64,000 nt of DNA, taken from assembly GCA_036170915.1 (NCBI GenBank), contig JAVHQC010000006.1, positions 201,987 to 265,986 on the forward strand, read 5' to 3'. Under the pieces are notes generated by a model. The model saw only the letters and a program-made list of their open reading frames with translations. It made no database searches and was not told the DNA's origin. The DNA is from Cyanobacteria bacterium auto_48_18 (lineage in GTDB: Bacteria > Cyanobacteriota > Vampirovibrionia > Obscuribacterales > Obscuribacteraceae). The position numbers and the translations under genes were made by a program. Of the stretch, positions 8,862-17,862 are shown one piece after another. Position 1 is the first letter of the stretch. Each line of letters starts with the position of its first letter.

Positions 8862-9467
8862 ATGCGCCGAACTTTTATCAAAATCTGCAGCGCGCTTTTA
8901 CTACCGCCGCTGCTGATTTCAGCTTACGCACTGTGGTGGGGAATCGTCTATCGTCTGCCCCGCTCAGCCGACAAAGTAGTGGACCTGCGTACAAATAAAG
9001 CAAGCTCTCAAGGGGCCCGTCGCATATTTTTTTGTGCCGGCCTCGCCAATAATCCGCACGGGTTTCCTGGACATGCTTATGTAGTTTGGTCGAAAAATTT
9101 AGCTGCCAGTGTAGCTGTAAGCGCCGGGGAAGCCAATTTTAAAGATTGCGAAACCCTTGGCTATTGTCCTCATGATTTCTGGAGTATCGTTCCATCTGTT
9201 TATACTGCAGTGCCTGGGGTTGTGGACGACCGCGCCTCCAGCGGTAACGATCGCAATGTCGAGCGGCTCATAGTGCTGGTTGACGATGCTGCTTTCGAGC
9301 GCTCAAGAGAGGCCTGCCGACGGTGGGATGCCACCAATTTTAGGACCGGCAGCCGTGATTGCTGCGCTTTCATTGATTTTGTCGCAACTGAAATTGGACT
9401 GGCTGTGCCCAGGGCCCAGTTTAGCTATCCACATGACCATATTCTCAAGCTTAAGACTCTAAATTGA
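8862..9467 (+). CDS. Hypothetical membrane-anchored protein, possibly permuted papain-like
   Basis: N-terminal TM; GHAYVVW precedes RDCCAFIDFVA. Confidence 0.5.
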   Translation: MRRTFIKICSALLLPPLLISAYALWWGIVYRLPRSADKVVDLRTNKASSQGARRIFFCAGLANNPHGFPGHAYVVWSKNLAASVAVSAGEANFKDCETLGYCPHDFWSIVPSVYTAVPGVVDDRASSGNDRNVERLIVLVDDAAFERSREACRRWDATNFRTGSRDCCAFIDFVATEIGLAVPRAQFSYPHDHILKLKTLN

Positions 9468-9526
9468 ATGCTAGGATAAGCGGCTGCCTGCCACGTGGCG
9501 GCTGCCACGCATGCTAAGAGGGGTCA

Positions 9527-9916
9527 ATGTTGTCTACTGAATCTAGAGAAAAAGAGCGGCGCGATCCCGCTATTCGGGTAGTGCTTCAACCGAAAGACAC
9601 CAACAAAGCCGGCACCATCTTTGGCGGCATTATTCTTAGCTATATCGACTTAGCTGGGGCGGTTGAAGTAGGTAAGACTACTCAACAGCGAATCGTCACT
9701 GCCGGAATTAAGGAAGTAGAATTTAAAGCTCCGGTACTGGTAGGTGAAGTGGTGAGCTTCTACACTAAGACCCTGCGAGTTGGACGTACCTCAGTCACCG
9801 TTTCAGTAGAGGTAGAATCTACTCGAGGTCATGAATTTGTGCGAGTGACCTCAGCTGAGCTGACCTTTGTTTGCCTTGATCAAGATGGCAAACCCACTCC
9901 TGTAGTACAAAGCTAG
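9527..9916 (+). CDS. Acyl-CoA thioesterase (hotdog fold, YciA-like)
   Basis: PKDTN..GTIFGG..LSYIDLAG, VGRTS motifs. Confidence 0.92.
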   Translation: MLSTESREKERRDPAIRVVLQPKDTNKAGTIFGGIILSYIDLAGAVEVGKTTQQRIVTAGIKEVEFKAPVLVGEVVSFYTKTLRVGRTSVTVSVEVESTRGHEFVRVTSAELTFVCLDQDGKPTPVVQS

Positions 9917-9929
9917 TAGTGGAGCGCGT

Positions 9930-10523
9930 ATGACAACTCTCGATCCGGTTTTCGAAAAGCCCAGCGTAGAAAAGCTTCGCCTGTACTTGGGCACTGGGGC
10001 CGGTAAGACTACTGCCACTTTTGGTCTTGCCTTGCGCGCGCTGAGCAAGGGTATGAATGTGACGCTGGTTTTCTTCGATAAGCTGGAAGAAAACTCTTCT
10101 GAAGGCCGCGGCCTGCGCATTTTAGCTGATACCAGGGCCGAAGGTTTCGGCCGATTAACCATGAATTATACGGGCGTCAATCGCCTGGGCACCGGGCCGA
10201 AGGGCAGCTTCCGACTCTATAGTTCTCCCAATGGCATTCTGCCGGAAGATAAAGAGGCCGCTTTGCAGGGCCTGCATTTTCTTGCTGATGGACTTAAGCG
10301 CGGAGATGACCTGGTGATTGGCGACGAGCTATTAGACGTAGCGCGAGTCGGTCTGGTGGAATGGGATGACGTGAAGCGTCAACTAGATCACAGACAGGAC
10401 CCTTCGGTATTGGTTTTAACCGGTCGTCGCGCACCAGATTGGTTAATGGAACAGGCCAGCACCATATCTGCCACCACTCAGTTGAAGCATCACGGTCGTG
10501 CCATAGAAGGCATCGACTGTTAG
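9930..10523 (+). CDS. Cob(I)alamin adenosyltransferase (CobO/BtuR family)
   Basis: LYLGTGAGKTTATFGLALRA, DEL, LVLTGRRAP, GID C-terminus. Confidence 0.8.
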   Translation: MTTLDPVFEKPSVEKLRLYLGTGAGKTTATFGLALRALSKGMNVTLVFFDKLEENSSEGRGLRILADTRAEGFGRLTMNYTGVNRLGTGPKGSFRLYSSPNGILPEDKEAALQGLHFLADGLKRGDDLVIGDELLDVARVGLVEWDDVKRQLDHRQDPSVLVLTGRRAPDWLMEQASTISATTQLKHHGRAIEGIDC

Positions 10524-10554
10524 TCAAGACTTAAAGAAGACTCGCAAGCTAAGA

Positions 10555-11949
10555 CTAGGGCTTTTTGAATGTGCCGCCGGTTGGTGAAGCTTGAGCCGTG
10601 TGGTTTGAAGTTTTGCTGATTTCTTGTTTCATCACTTCAATGGCTTTATTCAACTGGATATCTTTACCATCAGACGCACCACGTTTGAAGTTGGCTAGTG
10701 TGGGATCAATCCACCATGGACCTTTCAAATCTTTAATATCGTCTTCTTTGAGCTCAACTTTGAAGTCTGGCACGATGCCTGTTTTGTGAATATCAGTGTC
10801 ATTTGGAGTGAGATATTTAGCAATGGTGACATTGATACCGGAGCCGTCTTCAAGGCGGTTAATGGCCTGCACCAGACCTTTACCAAATGATTTTTCACCT
10901 ACCAGTTTTGCTCTGCCGTTATCTCGCAGGGCACCACTGAGAATTTCACTGGCTGAAGCAGACCCGCCATTAATGAGCACTACCAGTGGTTGCGTATTGA
11001 TTGGCACGCCAGCGGAAACTTGCGATTGTTTATAACCTTCAGCATCAATGGTGCTTACGATCACACCTTTTTCAAGGAACATGTTGGCAATTTGCACAGC
11101 ATTGGAAAGCAATCCGCCAGGATTGGAGCGCAGATCGAGAATTACACCATCGGCCTTTGACACTGTATTTAGTGCTTTGACCATTTCTTTGTCGGCTTTA
11201 TTAGAAATAAAGCTCTCAAGGCGTATATAACCGATATTGCCTGGGAGTATTTCAGCAGTACCAACAGCTTTAATTGGAATTTCAGCTCTTTGCAGATTGA
11301 CTTTTTTGCGCTCGGCTTTGCGCATGAAAGTGATTGAAACTTTGGTATCAATTGGTCCGCGAATTTGTTTGACCACAACATCAAGCGACTGACCCTTGAC
11401 CGGCTTGTTGTCGACTTCGATGATTTCATCGCCGGATAGCATGCCGGCATTGTAGGCAGGAGTGCCTTCAATTGGCGCAATGACTACGACTTTGTGCTCT
11501 TTGTTCATTCCCAGTTGCATGCCCACGCCAAATAAGTGGGCTTCAATCTGATCTTTCTCGTCAGCGAAAGCTTCACGGTCTAAAAATCTTGTGTAAGGAT
11601 CGCCTAAGCTGGCCAACATTGTCTCTACAGCTTTGTGCGATTCGTCACTGGTTTTGAGCTTACCGTCATAGTGGTGCTCCCAACGGTTCCAGTTCTGGCC
11701 AGAAAATTTCTGGTCATAATATTGTTCTTTAATCATCTTCCACGAGCGGTGATAAAGGTCCTGAGGACTGATTTGATTTTTCACCGTCTGAGCAATGAAA
11801 GCATGAGGCGCCTCAGAGGCACCATCAGCAATCAGTGTTTTCGAGATTGCGTCACCTTTACCATTAGCGAAAAGCCAGCTCTGTAAACCAAAGAAAGCCA
11901 GGCAGAATGCGAGCGGTATGCCAACTCGAGCGACTACTTTCCTATCCAA
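10555..11949 (-). CDS. ctpA: C-terminal processing peptidase S41A with PDZ domain
   Basis: LGDPYTRFL, LDLRSNPGGLL, SASASEILSGAL, SFGKGLVQ. Confidence 0.93.
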   Translation of the reverse strand: MDRKVVARVGIPLAFCLAFFGLQSWLFANGKGDAISKTLIADGASEAPHAFIAQTVKNQISPQDLYHRSWKMIKEQYYDQKFSGQNWNRWEHHYDGKLKTSDESHKAVETMLASLGDPYTRFLDREAFADEKDQIEAHLFGVGMQLGMNKEHKVVVIAPIEGTPAYNAGMLSGDEIIEVDNKPVKGQSLDVVVKQIRGPIDTKVSITFMRKAERKKVNLQRAEIPIKAVGTAEILPGNIGYIRLESFISNKADKEMVKALNTVSKADGVILDLRSNPGGLLSNAVQIANMFLEKGVIVSTIDAEGYKQSQVSAGVPINTQPLVVLINGGSASASEILSGALRDNGRAKLVGEKSFGKGLVQAINRLEDGSGINVTIAKYLTPNDTDIHKTGIVPDFKVELKEDDIKDLKGPWWIDPTLANFKRGASDGKDIQLNKAIEVMKQEISKTSNHTAQASPTGGTFKKP

Positions 11950-12272
11950 CTTTCTACCTCTACCTTCAAAAACCTTTGCTCTAACTCAAATCTTAGATCA
12001 CTATGCCCTGGGCTCGCCCAGACTACGCTTACATGGTTGACCTTTTGTATTACTCTTAGTACTGACAAAATATGTTAGCGATTTATGAGCAGCCTTGCGA
12101 ATTTTTAATTGTAGCCCCTCTTTCGGCCTGCCGTCGATAAAAAGCATGCATATGCAGGCGATTTTTTGGTAATTGCCGCAAGTTAATTATTTTAGGTTTC
12201 AAGTATCTTGGCATTTACCCTATCATTAGGCGCGTGGGACAGCATTGTTATTTAATTGGAGGCGGCTTCTGA

Positions 12273-13376
12273 ATGTCGGCCAATAAGGGAACCAAAGGCG
12301 CAACACTGGAGAAAGACCTATCACCTTCGGTTTCGCTGGAAGCACGTCCCAGTCAATTCGACGGTGGAGACCAGTCTGCTCCAGCTCGTCAGTCTATAAC
12401 CGCCAGGCTCAATGCCATTAAGATTTCTCCTGCTGTCAAGTTGCGGGCTAAAATCGGCATTTCTGTGGTGCTGTTTGCCAGCTTATTCTTATTCGGCAAG
12501 GTCGATTTATCGAAGTCTGTTGATGTGGCTCTGAAAGCCAACCCCTGGTACCTTCTGGTTGCCGTAGCACTTTTCCTCGGTTCTACCTTTCTTAACGCGC
12601 ACCGCTGGAAACTATTAGCCAGTGCTGTCGGTCTGCATCAACCTTTGCTGAAAATGGTGCAGTTCTGTTTTGTCGGCATTTTCTTCAATTTATTCCTGCC
12701 ATCCACTGTTGGTGGCGATTTCAGCCGCTGTTATTACCTTTCTAAAGGCACCGGAAAATATTCTCACGCTTTCTACTCAGTGCTGGCGGACCGCACAGTG
12801 GGTATAGCAGTGCTTTTCCTTTTCGCCTCGGTGGGCATTCTATGCGGCCCTGGCGGCGACGGTTTGCCTCTGCAACTGAAATTGCCGATTTTGCTCGGTA
12901 CTGTGGGGCTGTTTTCTGTTTTGCCATTCCTTCCCACTCTGGCTTTGCGCATTCTAGGGCCGGATAACTGGATATCGAAACAGTTAAACAATTCGCCGGC
13001 GGCAGTCTACTGGCACAACAAAAAGCTTATGGCCATCACTATTGGCTTGTCTGTGGTGATGCAAATAGTCATTGTCATGTGTCACGTGGCCATTGGCCTG
13101 GCGCTTGGCTTGACCAACATTCCTCTCTGGTATTACTTTGTCTTTTATCCATCAGTAGCCGTTCTTGGTTTCATTACACCAAGCTTTAACGGTATCGGTA
13201 TTCGCGAGTGGGCCTACACTTACTTTCTCACTCTGGCTGGCGTTGATCGGGCCCCTGCGCTTACCTACGCCATTATCTGGCTCAGTCTCACCACCCTAGC
13301 CAGTCTGGTGGGTGGTCTGGTTTATTTGCTCGGCCATTTCAAGATGCCGAAAGCAGATAAAGACCCTCAGGACTAA
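12273..13376 (+). CDS. Lysylphosphatidylglycerol synthase TM-domain / flippase-like protein (UPF0104)
   Basis: Multi-TM; FFNLFLPSTVGGD, DR, PSFNGIGIRE. Confidence 0.85.
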   Translation: MSANKGTKGATLEKDLSPSVSLEARPSQFDGGDQSAPARQSITARLNAIKISPAVKLRAKIGISVVLFASLFLFGKVDLSKSVDVALKANPWYLLVAVALFLGSTFLNAHRWKLLASAVGLHQPLLKMVQFCFVGIFFNLFLPSTVGGDFSRCYYLSKGTGKYSHAFYSVLADRTVGIAVLFLFASVGILCGPGGDGLPLQLKLPILLGTVGLFSVLPFLPTLALRILGPDNWISKQLNNSPAAVYWHNKKLMAITIGLSVVMQIVIVMCHVAIGLALGLTNIPLWYYFVFYPSVAVLGFITPSFNGIGIREWAYTYFLTLAGVDRAPALTYAIIWLSLTTLASLVGGLVYLLGHFKMPKADKDPQD

Positions 13377-13412
13377 CACGAATAAGTACTTGTTGAGGCG
13401 GTTAACTTAATC

Positions 13413-14900
13413 ATGGGCGTAAAAGTCAGCTTTCTGCCCGGCTGCAATCCGCTTGAGAACCAAACGATTTTAGATGCTTTTGCCGTGGCCCGTGAAGCCG
13501 GTTGTAAAGCATATTTGGTTGGTGGTTGTGTTCGCGATTCAATTGACGTAAATGATGGTCACTCTGTGACCAAATTTTCGACCCGAAATTTGCTCGATTT
13601 TGATTTTGCGGTTGTTGATCTGAGTGGCTGTCAGGCAAGCCCAGCAATTGCTTTGGCTGAAATGGCAGCGGAAAAACTGGGTGGGCATTTTGTTCTTTTA
13701 GATAGTTTGAACGATATCGCCAGAGTTGTTTTGGACGAATCAGTTCTAACCTACCTTGATTTTGCCGGAGTGACCGGAAGCATAGACTCTGACATCATTC
13801 GCCGTGATTTCACCGTCAACGCAATGGTTTTTGACCAGGACCATCCCGGTGAAATTCTTGACCCCACTGGCGGACTGGCCGATCTGAAAAATAAGGTTAT
13901 TCGGGCAGTCAGCGAACAAGTGCTTAAAGAAGACCCCTTGCGCATCCTTCGCGCTTATCGCTTTGCCGCCAGCCTCGGCGCACAAATTGAGCCGCAAACA
14001 AAAGAGTTTTTGAGAAAGCATGTGCACCTTCTCGGCCAAGTGGCAAGAGAGCGCATCAGCTATGAGTTTTTCACCTTAATGGAGTGCCCCAGAGTGGCAT
14101 CCCTGGTGGTTGAAATGGGTGAAATTGGCCTTCTGGAAGAGATCTATCCAGAGCTGAAAGATTGTCGTAAAGTCACCGCTAACAGCTTTCATCATCTCGC
14201 CTTATTTGACCACTGTGTGGAGACTATTCCCCAGTTAGAAGAGCGCTGGATGAACTTGCCGCCCTGGGTGCGTCAATCGGCGGATCAGGAACTTGCAGGG
14301 GGCATCAGTCGGCGCGCTGCTACTAAAGTTGCCGCACTATTGCACGACATCGGTAAGCCAGGCACCTGGGAGGTCACTCCTGAAGGACGGCATACTTTTA
14401 TAGGCCATGACAAACTTGGTGCCGAAATGGTGCGGCCCTTAGCTGAACGAGAGAAGTGGTCCAAAACACTCACTCGTTTCGTTGAGCGATTGGTGCTCTG
14501 GCATCTGCGCCCTGGACACCTTTTTCACACGGGCACGCCAACTGCCAAAGCTCTTAATAGGTTCTATCGCACCGTGGGCGAAGAAGTACCCGAGCTGATG
14601 ATGCTTGCCTTCGCCGATTTTGGTGCTACCTGTGGGCCAGGCTTAGCTGGTGAAGACAGAGAGCGACTGGAGAAATGCCTGGTTGAGTTAATGGATGGAT
14701 ATCCTGCTTATATAGAAGCGTCGAAACGTTTGCCCAAATTGTTGTCTGGTCAGGATGTAATGAGGATTCTAGAGATAAAACCGGGTCCAATAATCGGTGA
14801 AATTCTCAATGCCTTGACTGAAGCGCAGGAAATTAACGAAGTGCTGGATCTGGCTCAGGCAGAAGCTTTCGTGCGAAATTACCAACCTGTTGAAAACTAG
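13413..14900 (+). CDS. Class II tRNA nucleotidyltransferase with HD domain (probably CC-adding)
   Basis: YLVGGCVRD, DFD, RRDFTVNAM, EDPLRILRAYRF, LLHDIGKP. Confidence 0.9.
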   Translation: MGVKVSFLPGCNPLENQTILDAFAVAREAGCKAYLVGGCVRDSIDVNDGHSVTKFSTRNLLDFDFAVVDLSGCQASPAIALAEMAAEKLGGHFVLLDSLNDIARVVLDESVLTYLDFAGVTGSIDSDIIRRDFTVNAMVFDQDHPGEILDPTGGLADLKNKVIRAVSEQVLKEDPLRILRAYRFAASLGAQIEPQTKEFLRKHVHLLGQVARERISYEFFTLMECPRVASLVVEMGEIGLLEEIYPELKDCRKVTANSFHHLALFDHCVETIPQLEERWMNLPPWVRQSADQELAGGISRRAATKVAALLHDIGKPGTWEVTPEGRHTFIGHDKLGAEMVRPLAEREKWSKTLTRFVERLVLWHLRPGHLFHTGTPTAKALNRFYRTVGEEVPELMMLAFADFGATCGPGLAGEDRERLEKCLVELMDGYPAYIEASKRLPKLLSGQDVMRILEIKPGPIIGEILNALTEAQEINEVLDLAQAEAFVRNYQPVEN

Positions 14901-15138
14901 CAAAAAAGAAAGTTCCCGCTTGATAACTAAATTTCAGGGTTAATTGGAAGTTTAGCGGGCATAAGAAATGCAGAGAAACTAATGCCGTTCCAAGCGAACG
15001 CAGCAAAAGGATTCTTAGAACAGCAGACAAAGCAACGGCCCCAGCCGAGGGTCTTGTTTCCAACTGCCCCTATTTTAAAAGTACTTTTTCCAATCTATAT
15101 CTTCCTGGCTTACAAAATCTGGTTATAAGGTGAACAGA

Positions 15139-15396
15139 ATGAACGCTAAAGTGGACAAACTTCAGAACTACACAGTAATTGCTCGTCTCGATGATGCTAT
15201 TCCTCTAAATACTGAAGAGTGGCTCGCCACCGAACGCTTGCTCAACCAAGTAAGTGAGTTCGTGCCCATGTCGATGCTCAATGCTTTGACTGAATCAATC
15301 ATCAATTATGCTGATGATCAGGCTCGTCGAGGCTACATACTGGGTCAAGAAGATCTGGTCAATGAGTTGAAGAAAAAAGCTTCCAAAATCGCCTGA
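15139..15396 (+). CDS. Small hypothetical protein (paralogue of 36229..36516)
   Basis: ATG at 15139 after AAGGTG; shares RLDDAIPLNT.EW and YADDQARRGYILG with the second copy. Confidence 0.85.
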   Translation: MNAKVDKLQNYTVIARLDDAIPLNTEEWLATERLLNQVSEFVPMSMLNALTESIINYADDQARRGYILGQEDLVNELKKKASKIA

Positions 15397-15420
15397 ACAC
15401 TTAGTCTGAAGATATAGATG

Positions 15421-15463
15421 TTGCCCGCCACTTTCATTACGAAAGGGGTGGGCAATTGATTTT
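15421..15463 (+). terminator. Probable terminator hairpin
   Basis: TTGCCCGCCACTTTC-loop-GAAAGGGGTGGGCAA followed by TTGATTTT. Confidence 0.6.
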
Positions 15464-16219
15464 ATGTTCTATAATCAAGTGGTGAAAATTAAAAAGCATA
15501 AGCGCTCATTTGAGGGCCACGGAGAACATTTGCAGAGTACACAAAGTACACAGACTACAAAGATTACGCAGAGTACCCAGATTACACAGGCTACGCAGAG
15601 TACTCAGAGCCAGCAAAGTTTTCGCGTACGCAGCTGGACAACCATTGGTCGAGAAAAAATCGCCGACTGCAGAGTGTTTTCCGTACATAAACAAGTTTCT
15701 ATTCGCACCACTGGTGATAGCAGCGAAACTCACGACTTTTTCGTTTTTAGACCTAACGACTGGGTCAATGTCATTCCAGTAACCAGCGATTATCAAGTCG
15801 TTATGATTGAACAATTTCGTCATGGCATTGAGCAGATTACTCTCGAGATACCAGGTGGCATGATTGATTTAGAAGAGACGTCAGCCATTGCCGGGCGACG
15901 CGAGCTTCTCGAAGAAACCGGTTACTGTGGCAACGATTTGATCTTCTTGGGCCGCAACCATCCTAATCCGGCAATTCAAAGCAATATTTGCGATACTTTT
16001 TTATCGCTCAATGTTGAGCAGATTCAAGTGCCGATTTTCACTAGCACTGAAGAAGTGGCCATCAGGCTGATTCCAATCAAGAATATCCCGGCCTTGATCA
16101 AATCAGGTTTGATCACCCATGCCCTGGTGATTGTTGCTTTCCATTATTTGCAACAATTTTGCCTGGAAAATAGCTCTGTGGAAGGTCTAGATGTAGACAG
16201 GCTCAATCCGTTTTCTTAA
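15464..16219 (+). CDS. NUDIX hydrolase (ADP-ribose pyrophosphatase-like); start uncertain, possibly TTG at 15530
   Basis: Nudix box GGMIDLEETSAIAGRRELLEETGY; QFRHG..LEIPGG. Confidence 0.9.
   Translation: MFYNQVVKIKKHKRSFEGHGEHLQSTQSTQTTKITQSTQITQATQSTQSQQSFRVRSWTTIGREKIADCRVFSVHKQVSIRTTGDSSETHDFFVFRPNDWVNVIPVTSDYQVVMIEQFRHGIEQITLEIPGGMIDLEETSAIAGRRELLEETGYCGNDLIFLGRNHPNPAIQSNICDTFLSLNVEQIQVPIFTSTEEVAIRLIPIKNIPALIKSGLITHALVIVAFHYLQQFCLENSSVEGLDVDRLNPFS
15533..15604 (+). repeat. Eight degenerate 9-bp tandem repeats encoding Q-x-T
   Basis: cagagtaca caaagtaca cagactaca aagattacg cagagtacc cagattaca caggctacg cagagtact. Confidence 0.85.
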
Positions 16220-16236
16220 ATTTGGTTGGCACTAAT

Positions 16237-17517
16237 TTAGCGCACGTAAGCCATGGGATTGTTTGGTTTGCCGTTAACTCGCACTTCAAAGTGTAAGTGT
16301 GGTCCGGTAGAAAATCCGGTGGTGCCTTCGTAAGCGATGACGTCACCTTTGCTGACATTGTCACCGGCACTGACGGCGGCGCGCGATAAGTGAGCGTAAA
16401 GTGTAGCCATGCTGTTGCCGTGGCTGATGATTACTACTTTTCCGTAGCCGCCATACCAGCCTGTATAAAGCACGTTGCCACCATCTGCGGCGTGAATAGC
16501 AGAGCGGTTCGGGCCAGCCAGGTCAACTCCTGAGTGGAATTTGCGCACACCGAAAATGGGGTGTTTGCGCCAGCCGAAAGGTGAAGTAACAGGTGCTCTC
16601 AACGGCATGCACATGCTGCCGGAGCCTACCGTAATAGGTCCACCTTTTTTGCGATTGGAGCTCTCCATGACAAAAATTTGCTTTTCCAGGCGGGCTGATT
16701 CGTTTGCCAGCTCGCGCTCAGCCTGCTCGTAGAAGGCGCGTTGACTGCGCAAACGCTCGGCTGTCTGTTGCTGGGTTAGTTTTTCTTTGGCGATGGCCAT
16801 GGCTCTTTCTGCTATCTGTGAAACCATCTCAGAGAGCATATTTTTTTGAGCGCCGAGCTGCTGCTTATTGGCTGACAATACAGATTCGCGCAATCGCAAC
16901 TCGTCTATCAATTTTTTGTCTTGTTCGGCAACTCGTTCTTGATAGTACATACGATCCAAAAGCGATTGCAGATTATCGACCTGGAAAAGCATCTCGACAA
17001 AGCTCAGTCTGTTGCCTTCATAAATTTCACGTAGACGCGAAGCGGCTGAGTCTTTCAGACCTTCTTCTTTTGTCTTGACCGTGGTCAATTTGGCTTGAGT
17101 TTCAACAAGCTTACTTTCGGTGTGGCTGACTTGATTTTTTGTGTTAGTGAGCTTGCCGGTGGTGGCAGTTAGTTCTCGTTGAATAACGCCTAACTTCTCA
17201 TAGGCTTTCTTTTCATTCTTGCGGATGGCTTGAGCTTTGTTGTGATACTCGCGCTTCTCTTTCTCGAGCTTGTTCTTCTCTTGCTGCAAAAGACGCCTTT
17301 TGGCGTCTGAAGAATTGCTGCTCTCGTAAGCGACAACAGTGCTGGCAGAGTGATTTAAGTTTGTACGTACGTCTGCGGCAACCGCGGCTGACATAATAAA
17401 GGATAGCGATACTGCCAGTAGTGCAGCATTTTTACAGAGTTTTTGATTTCCGCCGGGCTGGGCCGGTGCACTGTTCGCCGCTATCGGGAGGCTCTGATAT
17501 TGGACTTTGTTAGACAT
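16237..17517 (-). CDS. M23 peptidase / EnvC-like murein hydrolase activator with coiled coil
   Basis: Long coiled coil, HSGVD, TLYAHLS, STGPHLHFEVR; start placed at the MSNKV ATG. Confidence 0.9.
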   Translation of the reverse strand: MSNKVQYQSLPIAANSAPAQPGGNQKLCKNAALLAVSLSFIMSAAVAADVRTNLNHSASTVVAYESSNSSDAKRRLLQQEKNKLEKEKREYHNKAQAIRKNEKKAYEKLGVIQRELTATTGKLTNTKNQVSHTESKLVETQAKLTTVKTKEEGLKDSAASRLREIYEGNRLSFVEMLFQVDNLQSLLDRMYYQERVAEQDKKLIDELRLRESVLSANKQQLGAQKNMLSEMVSQIAERAMAIAKEKLTQQQTAERLRSQRAFYEQAERELANESARLEKQIFVMESSNRKKGGPITVGSGSMCMPLRAPVTSPFGWRKHPIFGVRKFHSGVDLAGPNRSAIHAADGGNVLYTGWYGGYGKVVIISHGNSMATLYAHLSRAAVSAGDNVSKGDVIAYEGTTGFSTGPHLHFEVRVNGKPNNPMAYVR

Positions 17518-17862
17518 ATGCTTCCGTGGTTTAGGGAACGCTGTCGCTGAAGGCGCTGGCAATTATTTCAACCGACGTGCAGTCTACCATTGAAAACCTG
17601 ACGAGGCAAAGCTCCCTCAATGTGGTTTTATTCGATACGCGCGAGATATGCCTCTAATTAGCTATAATTTGGGCAGTGCTGCTGCTTAAGGCAGGCACGC
17701 GGGCTGTCAAGGGTCCAGGTGCGCCTACACAGGGCGTTTACGAAAGCTTCAAACTTCGTTCTATTTCTAAACAAGTTGTCACATGTTGTCATATAGTTAT
17801 CAATGTTGAATGCAACGATTCTGGCACCATCTATAAATCCCCTCTAATGCTGAGCAAATAAA

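Noticed and set aside
9468..10523. Cobalamin riboswitch or cob cluster near the CobO-like gene
   Set aside because: No B12-box or other cob genes seen
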